A DNA stretch of 64,000 nt from an uncultured archaeon (GTDB lineage Archaea; Thermoproteota; Nitrososphaeria; Nitrososphaerales; Gagatemarchaeaceae), in assembly GCA_963817525.1 (NCBI GenBank), contig CAWFOU010000001.1, positions 160,001 to 224,000 on the forward strand, in the 5' to 3' direction. Both the position numbers and the translations under genes were made by a program. The notes under the pieces were generated by a model, which did no database searches, was not told the origin of the DNA, and saw only the letters and a program-made list of their open reading frames with translations. This document shows, in pieces, positions 48,206 to 57,441 of this stretch. Each line of letters opens with the position of its first letter. Position 1 is the stretch's first letter.

Positions 48206-48225
48206 ACGAGCGTTCGATAGTCCCG
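48085..48225 (+). ncRNA. Putative TnpB omega/reRNA scaffold plus flanking guide
   Basis: Position at tnpB 3' end; complementary CCTGGC (48111)/GCCAGG (48169) and GGTTC (48095)/GAACC (48201); boundaries inferred. Confidence 0.5.
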
Positions 48226-48318
48226 CGCCTCGAGCCGGGGACGACCCGGCCCTCTCCCCGCTGACCCCTGCACAACTGTTAATAACGTTCCAACCCCTCT
48301 TGGAGAGAGCGCATACAG

Positions 48319-48900
48319 GTGCAGAAGAGCAAGCCAGGGCCAAACGAGATCCTCGCCGTGGCCGCGCGGCTCTTCGCGGAGAGGGGCTACTCGAACGTCT
48401 CGATAAGGGACGTCTGCAAGGAGGCCAAGACCAGCGCTCCCATGATCTACTACTACTTCAAGGACAAGAAGGGCCTCTTCAGGGAGGCCGTCAGCGACAA
48501 GCTGAGCCTGCGCCAGTTCATCTCCCGTCTCAAGGAAGACTCGGCGACCAAGGACATCCCCAAGGCGGTAGCGTCGTTCGTCAAGATCTACCTGACCGCC
48601 TTCCCCGATGCGGCATTCGACCCGGGTCTCTACATGAGGGAGACCGCCAAGCTAGACAACCGGAGCGCCGAGGTGGTGAGCAGGCAGCTGGACGAGGTCC
48701 AGACCATAGCCACCTCGATAGTCCAGAAGGGGATGAGGTCGGGCGACTTCCGGGCGGTGAACGCCGAGGAGGCCGCCGACTGCCTGATCGGGATGCTGAA
48801 CCACGTGGTCTTCCAAAAGATCCACTTCTCGAAGACGCTGGACATCGACGCAAAGGCCGAAGTCATCACGTCCTTCTTCCTCAACGCGATGAGGCCGTAG
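48319..48900 (+). CDS. TetR/AcrR family regulator
   Basis: LFAERGY...SIRDV...IYYYFKDKKGLF HTH. Confidence 0.93.
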   Translation: MQKSKPGPNEILAVAARLFAERGYSNVSIRDVCKEAKTSAPMIYYYFKDKKGLFREAVSDKLSLRQFISRLKEDSATKDIPKAVASFVKIYLTAFPDAAFDPGLYMRETAKLDNRSAEVVSRQLDEVQTIATSIVQKGMRSGDFRAVNAEEAADCLIGMLNHVVFQKIHFSKTLDIDAKAEVITSFFLNAMRP

Positions 48901-48902
48901 GC

Positions 48903-51755
48903 CTACCAGAAAGGCCGCGTCTCTATGAACTTCAGCTTCGCCTCGAGCAGCTCCTTGTAGAACTTCTCATCGTCCTCGTGCATCCTCGCGAGTATCCTGG
49001 CCGCCGTCTGCGGGCCGACCCCGTAGACCGCCTGGGCGACGACCGCCCTCTTCCCGTACGAAAGCACGAGGTCGGCGGCCCTCCTCGCCTTTGCTAGTTC
49101 AGCCCTCTCGTCCTCCGAGAGAGGCGCGTCCGCTCCCCGCGCGAGCTTCCTCCTTACGAGCTCCGTCACCTTGCTGGGGTCGTAGAAGCTGGGGGTCAGC
49201 AGCCCGGCGCCGCACTTTCTGCAGACTGGCTCCTCCGGGAGGTCACCAATCGCCGCACGGCCTTGGCCCTCGCCGCACTTCATGCAGAGCAGCTCGACCG
49301 GGGTGCCGTAGATGCTAAACCTCATCTTCTCGACCGTCGACTTCGCCAGTGAATCGGGCGCGACGAGCTCGGGGACCTCGAGGTACTTGTAGAGGATGCT
49401 GTACGCGATGGGCGTGGGCCTCTCCTGGGAGAGGAACGTCTCCACGGCCACCTCGCCCCCAGCCACCTTGACGAGGAGAGCCTTGGCCCTAGGCATGTCT
49501 ATCATGTCCCTCCCTGTCTCCTGGACCGCCTCCTCGAATATCGGGGTCTTCTCGAACCTTGTGGGCAGCGAGCAGAGGTTGGGGTGCGCGATGAACTGTC
49601 CTCGCCGGAGCGCCCCGAACCTCTCGGCGACCTGCTTCACCCTCGTGGGGAAAGGGAAGTTCCTCTGCGCAGCGACCGCGTACGTCTCCTCGAACTCCTC
49701 CGGGGACATCCCGAAGAGGTCTCCCGAGATCTGCTTCAGGTCCAGCTCGGAGGCGTCGGTCGTGAGCTCGATTAGTATCCTGTAGCCGTCCATGTACCAC
49801 AGCCTGATCAACCCCCTCCTCGACAGCACCTCCTCGAAGGTGTAGGCCAGGAGGCGGTTCACCTTCTCCCCGAAACACGAGTGCACGACAAGGTACTTCT
49901 GCCATCCCTCGACCAGGATGAGGTCGTCGCTCGGAAGGGGGGCGCCCGTCTTCATATGCTCGCCGATCGTGTCCGCGACGAGCTTCATCGCGGCCTCCGT
50001 CACCGGGAGCTGCTCGCTCATGGCCCGGGCCGCCTCCTCGGCGGACGACCCCGAGACCAGCGCCCCGACCTGCTTCCTCAGTTCGCCGCTCCTCTGGGCG
50101 AGCGCGAAGGGGACTGGGAGCATCTCCCCGTCCCACCCGGGCACGGCTGCCAGGGGGTCCTCGACCGAGGTGACGTAGATCTTCCTATCGTCCGCGATCT
50201 TCTCCATCTGCCATATCCTTCCCTTCAGGATGAAGTGGAGCCCCACCTTGGCTTGGAGCATCACGAACTCCTCCCCGAGGATCCCGACCGTCTGGTTGTT
50301 TGCCACGTCGATCACAAAATATCTCGTCTCATCGGGGATGGTCGAGAGGTTCTGGTAGTAGTACTCCCTCGTGCCCCTAGTCCTAGCGAGCTTCCCCCCG
50401 TCTCTCCTCAGCTTCCTCAGCTCGGAGAGGTAGGAGACCACCCTCTCGAGCGCCTCGGCGTCGAGGTCCCTGTAGGGGTGGCACGCCCTGAACTCTTGGA
50501 GGAGGGTCGCCGGGTCGACCATGTCAAAGTCCATCAGGTACCCCGCTATCTGGTGCGCCAGCACGTCGAGGCTCTTCTCGTAGGGCTGGGTCTCCTCCAT
50601 CCTCCCGCGGGTCGCCTGCGATACGGCGGCAGTCGACTCTAGTATGTCGTCCGCCCCGACCGTGAGCAGGACCCCCTTCGAGACCCGCTGGAGGCTGTGG
50701 CCCGACCGTCCGACCCTCTGGATCAGGGATGTCACCTGCCTGGGGGACATGTACTGGACGACGAGGTCCACCGCCCCGATGTCGATGCCGAGCTCCAGAG
50801 TGGAGGTGCAGACGAGCGCCCTGACCTCCCCGGCCCTGAAGGCGGCCTCGACCCTCTCCCTCTCCTCGCGAGGGAGCGAGCCGTGGTGGACACCCACGTC
50901 TCCGCGCATCCTGTTGAGCTTCTCTCCCAGCATCTCCGCGGTGGTCCTGCTGTTCACGAACACGAGGGTGGACTTGTGAGACGAGATCAGGTCGCTCATC
51001 CTCGCGAGCCTCGCCGCGAGGTCGAGGGTCGTGAAGATCTCCTTCGAGACCGCGCCGTCCTCAGGCTTGGGCGTGGGGTACTCGACGAAGTATCCGACCT
51101 GCTTGGGGGCGGGCGCGCGCACTATCGCATATGGAGCTCGACCGAAGATGAAGCTCGCCGCGGTCTCGGGGCTCCCTATTGTCGCGGATAGCGCGACCAC
51201 CTGGTAGTTGCCCGCGACCTTCCTGAGCCGCTGCAGACCCACGGTGAGCTGGACCCCCCTCTTGCTCTCGACGAGGTTGTGAAGCTCGTCCACGACGACC
51301 GCCCTGACGTCGGCCAGGCTCTCGCGCATCCTGCTCCCAGGGAGCATGGCCTGGAGGGTCTCGGGGGTCGTGACGAGGACGTCCGGAGGGTCCCTCGACT
51401 GGCGCTGTCTCTGGGCTTGCGGGGTGTCGCCGTGCCGGACGTCTAGGGTCAGCGAGAGCTTCCCGCACCAGAACTGGAGGCGCCTGAGCATGTCCCTGTT
51501 CAGCGCCCGAAGGGGTGTGATGTAGAGTAGCGATATCCCGTGCCTCGGCCCCCGGTTCACGAGGCTGCTAAGCAGGGGGAGGATCGCCGCCTCGGTCTTC
51601 CCCGACCCGGTGGGCGCGACTATCAGGACGTTCTCTCCCTTCGCTACCAGCGGTATGGCCTCCGTCTGCGGCGGCGTCGGCGCTGTTATCCCGCTCTCCT
51701 GCAGGAGGGCCCTCACGGGGTCCGCGAGGGAGTCGAAGGCCTCAATCCCCGCCAA
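48903..51755 (-). CDS. lhr: Lhr-type DEAD/DEAH-box helicase
   Basis: PTGSGKT, DELH, SAT, HHGSL, QRVGRSGH motifs; C-terminal CxxC pair; probable TTG start at 51755. Confidence 0.9.
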   Translation of the reverse strand: MAGIEAFDSLADPVRALLQESGITAPTPPQTEAIPLVAKGENVLIVAPTGSGKTEAAILPLLSSLVNRGPRHGISLLYITPLRALNRDMLRRLQFWCGKLSLTLDVRHGDTPQAQRQRQSRDPPDVLVTTPETLQAMLPGSRMRESLADVRAVVVDELHNLVESKRGVQLTVGLQRLRKVAGNYQVVALSATIGSPETAASFIFGRAPYAIVRAPAPKQVGYFVEYPTPKPEDGAVSKEIFTTLDLAARLARMSDLISSHKSTLVFVNSRTTAEMLGEKLNRMRGDVGVHHGSLPREERERVEAAFRAGEVRALVCTSTLELGIDIGAVDLVVQYMSPRQVTSLIQRVGRSGHSLQRVSKGVLLTVGADDILESTAAVSQATRGRMEETQPYEKSLDVLAHQIAGYLMDFDMVDPATLLQEFRACHPYRDLDAEALERVVSYLSELRKLRRDGGKLARTRGTREYYYQNLSTIPDETRYFVIDVANNQTVGILGEEFVMLQAKVGLHFILKGRIWQMEKIADDRKIYVTSVEDPLAAVPGWDGEMLPVPFALAQRSGELRKQVGALVSGSSAEEAARAMSEQLPVTEAAMKLVADTIGEHMKTGAPLPSDDLILVEGWQKYLVVHSCFGEKVNRLLAYTFEEVLSRRGLIRLWYMDGYRILIELTTDASELDLKQISGDLFGMSPEEFEETYAVAAQRNFPFPTRVKQVAERFGALRRGQFIAHPNLCSLPTRFEKTPIFEEAVQETGRDMIDMPRAKALLVKVAGGEVAVETFLSQERPTPIAYSILYKYLEVPELVAPDSLAKSTVEKMRFSIYGTPVELLCMKCGEGQGRAAIGDLPEEPVCRKCGAGLLTPSFYDPSKVTELVRRKLARGADAPLSEDERAELAKARRAADLVLSYGKRAVVAQAVYGVGPQTAARILARMHEDDEKFYKELLEAKLKFIETRPFW

Positions 51756-52116
51756 GCGAGCCACCCGACACAATCCTAGTGCCTTCTGTCTTAATCCGCC
51801 CGCCCGCGCACGCCTCGCACTCGCACGTCGAGAGTAGGTAGTCGTAGGGATAGATCCCCGTGCTGTGCCCATCGGACCACGCGAACGAGATGGCGTAGCG
51901 ACCGACCATCGCGTACCTCTCTGCGAAGATCCCCGCAGGAGCCGCCACCATGAGCGGGATCATCCGGCTCGTCCCTATCGCGGGCGGCTCTCCCACGCAC
52001 ACTGCGCAGGGGCAGGCCTCGCGCAGTTTCGTGTTGGGGTGGACGCTCTCGTGGCCGTCGCTCCAGTCAATGGTCACCTGCGAAACACCCAACGAGACCT
52101 TCCTAGGGACTGGCAA
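51742..52116 (-). CDS. DUF971 / gamma-butyrobetaine hydroxylase N-terminal-like protein
   Basis: WSDGH, LREACPCAVC, VGRYAI, DGHSTGIY motifs. Confidence 0.88.
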   Translation of the reverse strand: MPVPRKVSLGVSQVTIDWSDGHESVHPNTKLREACPCAVCVGEPPAIGTSRMIPLMVAAPAGIFAERYAMVGRYAISFAWSDGHSTGIYPYDYLLSTCECEACAGGRIKTEGTRIVSGGSLGGD

Positions 52117-52206
52117 CTCAGGGCGTTCTGGTCAGTTCCCATTGATAAGGGTTGGCGGCTTGCGTCTTGGGGAAACGGTTATCTCACCCCGCCGGATGGA
52201 CGGAGT

Positions 52207-52601
52207 TGGATTTGGCAGAGCTATCGGAGAAGGCGAAGAAACTGCTGATTGGGAAGAACTTCGCTTTCGTGGCGACAATAAACAAGGACGGCAGCCCACA
52301 GCTCACGCCGACGTGGATTGACACGGACGGGGCGAACGTCCTCGTCAACACCGCCCTTGGACGGCAGAAGAGCAAGAACGTAGCCCGCGACCCACGCGTG
52401 ACCATAGGGGTCTTCGACTCCTCCAACCCCTACGACTACATCTCGATCAGCGGAAGGGTCGCGAAGAAGGTGACGGGCAAGGCCGCGGACGACCACATCG
52501 ACAAGCTCGCGAAAAAGTACACGGGGGCGTCGAAATACGCCGGGCGGGCACCGAAAGAGAAGAGGGTCATCCTCGTGATACGGCCGACGAAGAGCGTCTG
52601 A
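52207..52601 (+). CDS. PPOX-class (pyridoxamine 5'-phosphate oxidase-like) putative F420-dependent oxidoreductase
   Basis: ATINKDGSPQ, KSKNVARDPRV, IDKLAKKY motifs; start approximate. Confidence 0.88.
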
Positions 52602-52613
52602 GAGTGCATCACT

Positions 52614-52724
52614 ACGCCAACATGCATATGCGACGTCTGCAAGCACCTCAACACCGCCTCCTGCTCAAGCTGCAAGTGCTGCTCCTATAGGAAGGTCGCG
52701 TGCATCCAGATCGAGACCGCCTGA
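52614..52724 (+). CDS. Metallothionein-like Cys-rich microprotein (no canonical start codon)
   Basis: (ACG)PTCICDVCKHLNTASCSSCKCCSYRKVACIQIETA, eight TGC codons. Confidence 0.45.
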   Translation, partial: TPTCICDVCKHLNTASCSSCKCCSYRKVACIQIETA

Positions 52725-52773
52725 CGACGGGCGGCATCGAGATATACCGCGCCCTGCATCGCCTGGTCGCGAC

Positions 52774-53658
52774 ATGAAGAACCCTCGGATCGGCTTCATC
52801 GGACTCGGGATAATGGGCAGGTCGATGGCCCTGAACCTGCTCAAGGCGGGCTTCCAGGTGGCCGTCTACAACAGGAGCAAGCCACCCATGGACCTCCTGG
52901 TCTCCAAGGGCGCCTCTGCCTCTTCCTCGCCGAAGGCGGTCGCGGAGCGCAGCGACGTCGTGATCACCATGGTCACGGACTCGGAGGCGGTGCGGGATGT
53001 GGTCCTCGGCAAGGGCGGAGTGATCGACGGCGCGCGCGAAGGGCTCGTCCTCATCGACATGAGCACCATCTCGCCCAGCACCGCGAGGAGCGTCTCGGAG
53101 GCGCTCGCGGCGAAGGGTACGAGGATGCTCGACGCTCCCGTGAGCGGCGGAGACACGGGCGCCAGGGAGGGGACCCTGACGATAATGGTGGGCGGGGACC
53201 CAGCTGTTTTCGAAGACTGCCTGCCTGTCCTGCAGTTGATGGGAAAGAAGGTTGTGCACATGGGCGGGACGGGCGCCGGGCAGCTCACCAAGCTCGCCAA
53301 CCAGATCCTGGTGGCGTGCAACATGATCGGCGTCTCCGAGTGCCTCAACTTCGCGAAGAAGTCAGAGCTCGACGTGGGGAAGCTCATCGACTCGCTGTCG
53401 TCAGGGGCCGCCTCCTCGTGGGCCTTGGTCAACCTCGGGCCGAGGATGGCGAGGCGTGATTTTGCTCCTGGCTTCAAGGTGAAGCTCCTCCAGAAGGACC
53501 TCCGTTACGTCCTCGCGGCCGCCGACGAGGTGGACGCCGCTCTGCCCGCCACGGCGCTGGTGCACCAGCTCTACGAGCAGCTCGAGGAGAAGGGGCTGGG
53601 CGAGGTGGGGACGCAGGCCCTCCTCACGGCCGTCGAGGACCTTTCCAGCGATGCCTGA
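52774..53658 (+). CDS. 3-hydroxyisobutyrate dehydrogenase / 2-hydroxy-3-oxopropionate reductase family
   Basis: IGLGIMG, DAPVSGG, GAGQLTKLANQ, KDL motifs. Confidence 0.92.
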   Translation: MKNPRIGFIGLGIMGRSMALNLLKAGFQVAVYNRSKPPMDLLVSKGASASSSPKAVAERSDVVITMVTDSEAVRDVVLGKGGVIDGAREGLVLIDMSTISPSTARSVSEALAAKGTRMLDAPVSGGDTGAREGTLTIMVGGDPAVFEDCLPVLQLMGKKVVHMGGTGAGQLTKLANQILVACNMIGVSECLNFAKKSELDVGKLIDSLSSGAASSWALVNLGPRMARRDFAPGFKVKLLQKDLRYVLAAADEVDAALPATALVHQLYEQLEEKGLGEVGTQALLTAVEDLSSDA

Positions 53659-53701
53659 ACCCGGGATAACCCTAAATAGCGCTGCCACTCGACAAACTTC
53701 C

Positions 53702-53836
53702 ATGTGCGACTGCGAAGAACTAGAGTTCGAGGATTTCCAGGTCATGCTGGCAGCGCTCTCAAAGGCCCCCGACACAGAACAGGTCCCGCTCGAGGCGCCT
53801 CTCATCCAGGCGGCCGCGCCAAAGCGCGCAAAGTAG
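53702..53836 (+). CDS. 44-aa microprotein starting MCDCEE
   Basis: CTAAATA about 30 nt upstream of the ATG; acidic N-terminus. Confidence 0.5.
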   Translation: MCDCEELEFEDFQVMLAALSKAPDTEQVPLEAPLIQAAAPKRAK

Positions 53837-53975
53837 CCTGAAAAGCGCCGCGCAGTCGGCGGCCTTCCGAACGACAAAGATGCTGATAGGAATAACCGAC
53901 GCAGCATAACTTATAAGATATGAATATCGCGTCGGTTTTCTTGGCGAAGCTTTTACTCCGCATTTCCGGAGGCCG

Positions 53976-55004
53976 GTGAAGTTGACCGAATTTCAGGTGT
54001 CGTTGACGGGAGTCCACGCGAGGAATGAGAAGACGATCCAGGCCACCCAGGACTGGGAGAGGAGCAGGATCAACGAGGTGACGCTCAAGGAGAGCTTCGA
54101 CAGGGACTGCGACTCGCTCGTCGAGCTCCAGAGAAAGGTCGGGGCGGAGTACGTCACGGACGGGCAGATCACCCTCGCGTGGCAGGACCTCTTCCGCCCG
54201 ATAAGCTCCGGGTTCGAGGGGCTCGAGCCAGGCCCGATGGTCAGGTGGTTCAACACCAACACTTTCTTCTACACGCCGATAGTCAAAGGCCCGATCTCGA
54301 GCGACGGCAAGGCCCTGTCCAAGGCCGTCGAGAAGAGGTTCGCGGAGGGCGGCCAGCCGCTCAAGATAATCCTGCCCGACCCACTGACCTTCGCGGAGCT
54401 CGCGGAGGACAGGCACTACGGCAGCAAGGAGAAGCTGCTTTTCGCGTACACGGATGCCCTGCGAGGCGAGCTCCGGGGGCTCTCCTCCCTCGGAGTGAAA
54501 TACGTCCAGTTCTCCGCCCCGAGCCTGGTCTACAGGCTGATGCAGAAGCCCTTCTCGCGCGCCGGCCTCAAGCAGCTCGGCGAGGCCATCAGGAACGGCC
54601 TAAAAGGGGTCTCGTTGAGGAGCGGGTTCTATCCGTTCTTCGGCGACTCGGGTCCGTACCTCCCTGACCTGCTCGACGCCATCCCAACCGACGACATCGG
54701 GGTGGACCTCACCCAGACGGACGACTCCTCCCTCTCGGCCACGGGCAAGGGGATAGTCGCCGGGATAGTCGACTCGCGGACCACCTACCTGGAGGACGTG
54801 GAGTCGCTCGCGACCCGGGTCGAGGACGTGGTGGACCGGACCGGCACCAAGACCCTCACCCTCTCGCCTTCTGCGGACCTCAGGTTCATCCCGCGCGTCA
54901 GCGCCGACGAGAAGCTGGAGCTCCTCGGGCTGCTAAGGGCCAGGGTAAGCCGGGGTGGCACGCCGGCGAAGGCGAAGGTCGCCTCGAGGAGGAGAGGAAA
55001 GTGA
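53976..55004 (+). CDS. MetE N-terminal-half-like protein (split MetE, putative folate-binding subunit)
   Basis: VTDGQ, RWFNTNTFFYTP, GIVDSRT motifs; no Zn-ligand cysteines. Confidence 0.7.
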   Translation: MKLTEFQVSLTGVHARNEKTIQATQDWERSRINEVTLKESFDRDCDSLVELQRKVGAEYVTDGQITLAWQDLFRPISSGFEGLEPGPMVRWFNTNTFFYTPIVKGPISSDGKALSKAVEKRFAEGGQPLKIILPDPLTFAELAEDRHYGSKEKLLFAYTDALRGELRGLSSLGVKYVQFSAPSLVYRLMQKPFSRAGLKQLGEAIRNGLKGVSLRSGFYPFFGDSGPYLPDLLDAIPTDDIGVDLTQTDDSSLSATGKGIVAGIVDSRTTYLEDVESLATRVEDVVDRTGTKTLTLSPSADLRFIPRVSADEKLELLGLLRARVSRGGTPAKAKVASRRRGK

Positions 55005-56194
55005 AGGCCTTCCCTACGCAGGAGATAGGCAGCCTTCCCAAGTTCGGCTGGAGGACCAAGCCCTTCAGGCAGATGGCGCTCTCGGACGACGACCTGGAGG
55101 CCGCGAGACAGTGGGGCGACCGCCTCCAAGTGGAGGGAAGGACCGACCTCTATAGGTTGCTCTCGAAGCGCTACTCCTTCTCCGAGGAGGAGAAGAAGAC
55201 CATCGTCGACTTCTCCCTCGTATACGCGATCCGCATGTGCGAGACCGCCGGACAGGGCCTGGCGAAAGAGCCCGGGCTCGACCTGGTGTGGAGCGGCGAG
55301 CAGGCGAGGACCGAGATGTACGAGACGCCCGTCTCCAACATAGACGGCTTCGACTTCGTGGGCAGGGTCAGGAGCTTCGACAACAAGTACTGGAGGATGG
55401 CCTCGATACGCTCTGCCCCCAAGTACAAGGAAAACTACCACCTCTCGGAGCTCCTCTTCACCGAGGAGCGCGCCGAGCGCAAGCTCAAGGTCCCCGTGAC
55501 CGACGCGATCACGATAATGGCCTGGTCAGACAACAACTACTACACGGGCAAGTGGGCGAACAAGGCCGGGCTGACCCCAGCGAAGAGGAGCTTCAGCGCC
55601 AGGCGCGAGTTCACCCTGGAGCTCGCCAAGATAATCCGAAGGGTCATCCGTGAGCTGATCGAGAAGGGCGTCGAAGAGGTCCAGATAGACATCCCCGCGG
55701 CGACCCAGTACCAGTCCGAGGACGACATAAAGCTGGTAACCGAGGCATTCAACGAGACGACCAAGGGGCTCGACGCCACCTTCAGCGTGCACAGCTGCTT
55801 CCCCCCCAACACGGGGTACGGGATCCTCTTCCCGCACCTCCTAGAGATGAAGAAGTGCGAGCGCTTCTCCCTGGAGTACGGCAACCGCGACACCTTCGAC
55901 AGAGGGCTCGACGCAAAGTCCAGGGTCGGGTTCGAGGACCTGAAGCTGTTCAGGGAGTATGGCTTCAAGAAGCAGCTGGGAGTGGGGGTCATCCACATCC
56001 ACACGGACACCCTCCCTAGCATCGAGGTCGTGAGGGACCGCGTGCTGTATTCGGCGAAGGTGACGGACCTTCCGCCGGAGAACCTCTACGTCAACCCGGA
56101 CTGCGGCCTCCGCACAAGGCGCCCCGAGATAGCGCAGAAGATGCTCGACCTCGTGGTCGGGGGCGCCGACCTCGCGAGGCGCAAGTCCACTTGA
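55001..56194 (+). CDS. Cobalamin-independent methionine synthase catalytic (MetE C-terminal) subunit
   Basis: TQEIGSLP, GEQAR, HSC and NPDCGL Zn ligands. Confidence 0.85.
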   Translation: MKAFPTQEIGSLPKFGWRTKPFRQMALSDDDLEAARQWGDRLQVEGRTDLYRLLSKRYSFSEEEKKTIVDFSLVYAIRMCETAGQGLAKEPGLDLVWSGEQARTEMYETPVSNIDGFDFVGRVRSFDNKYWRMASIRSAPKYKENYHLSELLFTEERAERKLKVPVTDAITIMAWSDNNYYTGKWANKAGLTPAKRSFSARREFTLELAKIIRRVIRELIEKGVEEVQIDIPAATQYQSEDDIKLVTEAFNETTKGLDATFSVHSCFPPNTGYGILFPHLLEMKKCERFSLEYGNRDTFDRGLDAKSRVGFEDLKLFREYGFKKQLGVGVIHIHTDTLPSIEVVRDRVLYSAKVTDLPPENLYVNPDCGLRTRRPEIAQKMLDLVVGGADLARRKST

Positions 56195-57441
56195 TCCCAA
56201 GGGTCACGACCATCGGCAGCTACCCCGCCTTCCCGAGGGCGGAGGATGTCGAGTACTACTACACCATATCCAGGCACGGGCTGGGCGGCGAGGTCGTAGA
56301 CCCCTACCTGTGGTCGATGGAGGAGGCCCTCAAGGACTTCACCTCGGCCGGCGTCGACGTGCCCTCGACAGGCCAGTCGAGGGGAGACCTCTACTCGCTC
56401 TTCCTCGACCCCAAGTTCGTCAAAGGGATCTCGTGGGATGGGGCGGACGCCTATGTGAACGGCAAGATAGAGAGGCTCGGCTCGATACGGCTCGCGGACG
56501 TCCTCCACGCGAAGAGCATCCTCCCCTCCCAATACGACCTGAAGGAGCCGATTACCGACGCCTACACCCTCGCACGCTTCGCGAAGATCAACACCGGGAG
56601 CTACGCGGACACCCGGGAACTGGCAAGGGAGATCAACAGGAAGATAATCATCCCCGAGATAGAGGACCTTCAGAACTCGAAGGCCGTCTCTTGGATCCAG
56701 CTCGACTCGCCCACCATCGCGGCGGAGTCGTCTACCCCTGACTACATCCAGGGGCTCTACGAGGAGGTCGCCTCGGCCGCGAAGGCTCCCATCGTCGTCC
56801 ACGCCTGCGGTGACGCGGTCAGGATATTCTCCTCGCTCCTCACCAAGCTCAAGGTGGACACCATCTCCCTAGACTTTTACCACTACCCAAAGCTCTTCGA
56901 GGAGGCCGGGAAGAAGAGCTACGACCAAAAGATCGGCCTCGGCTGCACGGACAGCCAGAGCATGAGGGTCGAGACCGTGGACGAGACGAAGCGCCTCATC
57001 GCCTTCGCCGAGGCCAGGCTGGGCAAGGACAGGATCCAGTTCGTCCACCCGCACTGCGGGCAGCGCAACCTCAACCGGGAGGTGGCTTACGAGAAGAACG
57101 TGGTCCTCGCACTCGCGAGGGACGCCGCTTGCTTCGGAGAGCCCGAGGAGGCCTCCGCATCCCACCTCACCGCGAAGGAGTACGACCCCGGAGGCTACTT
57201 CCTCGTCTCCGTAAGCAGGGAGACGAGGGAGATCGTCGTCGCCTACTACACCTACGACCACGTGGCGAAGAAGAGGTACCGCTCAAAGTCCGCGGAGCGG
57301 CTCTTCCAGACGCTCAACGAGGAGGCCGACGGCCTCGGGCTCAGCCGGAGGCACCTCTCCTACCTCACGCTGGAGCTGGGGCGGGCGGAGGCGTCGATCA
57401 CCTCGGGGACGCAGTCCTACCGCCAGAAAGTGATAGAGTGA
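56191..57441 (+). CDS. Second MetE-core-like protein fused to a DUF4346-like C-terminal domain
   Basis: TTIGSYP, TGQSR, HACG, HPHCG; C-terminal DPGGYFLV...HLSYLTLELGRAE. Confidence 0.65.
   Translation: MIPRVTTIGSYPAFPRAEDVEYYYTISRHGLGGEVVDPYLWSMEEALKDFTSAGVDVPSTGQSRGDLYSLFLDPKFVKGISWDGADAYVNGKIERLGSIRLADVLHAKSILPSQYDLKEPITDAYTLARFAKINTGSYADTRELAREINRKIIIPEIEDLQNSKAVSWIQLDSPTIAAESSTPDYIQGLYEEVASAAKAPIVVHACGDAVRIFSSLLTKLKVDTISLDFYHYPKLFEEAGKKSYDQKIGLGCTDSQSMRVETVDETKRLIAFAEARLGKDRIQFVHPHCGQRNLNREVAYEKNVVLALARDAACFGEPEEASASHLTAKEYDPGGYFLVSVSRETREIVVAYYTYDHVAKKRYRSKSAERLFQTLNEEADGLGLSRRHLSYLTLELGRAEASITSGTQSYRQKVIE

Noticed and set aside
52599-52601. Selenocysteine recoding of the TGA before the Cys-rich frame
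   Set aside because: The upstream PPOX protein is already full length; no SECIS-like element or Sec machinery can be supported from this window.
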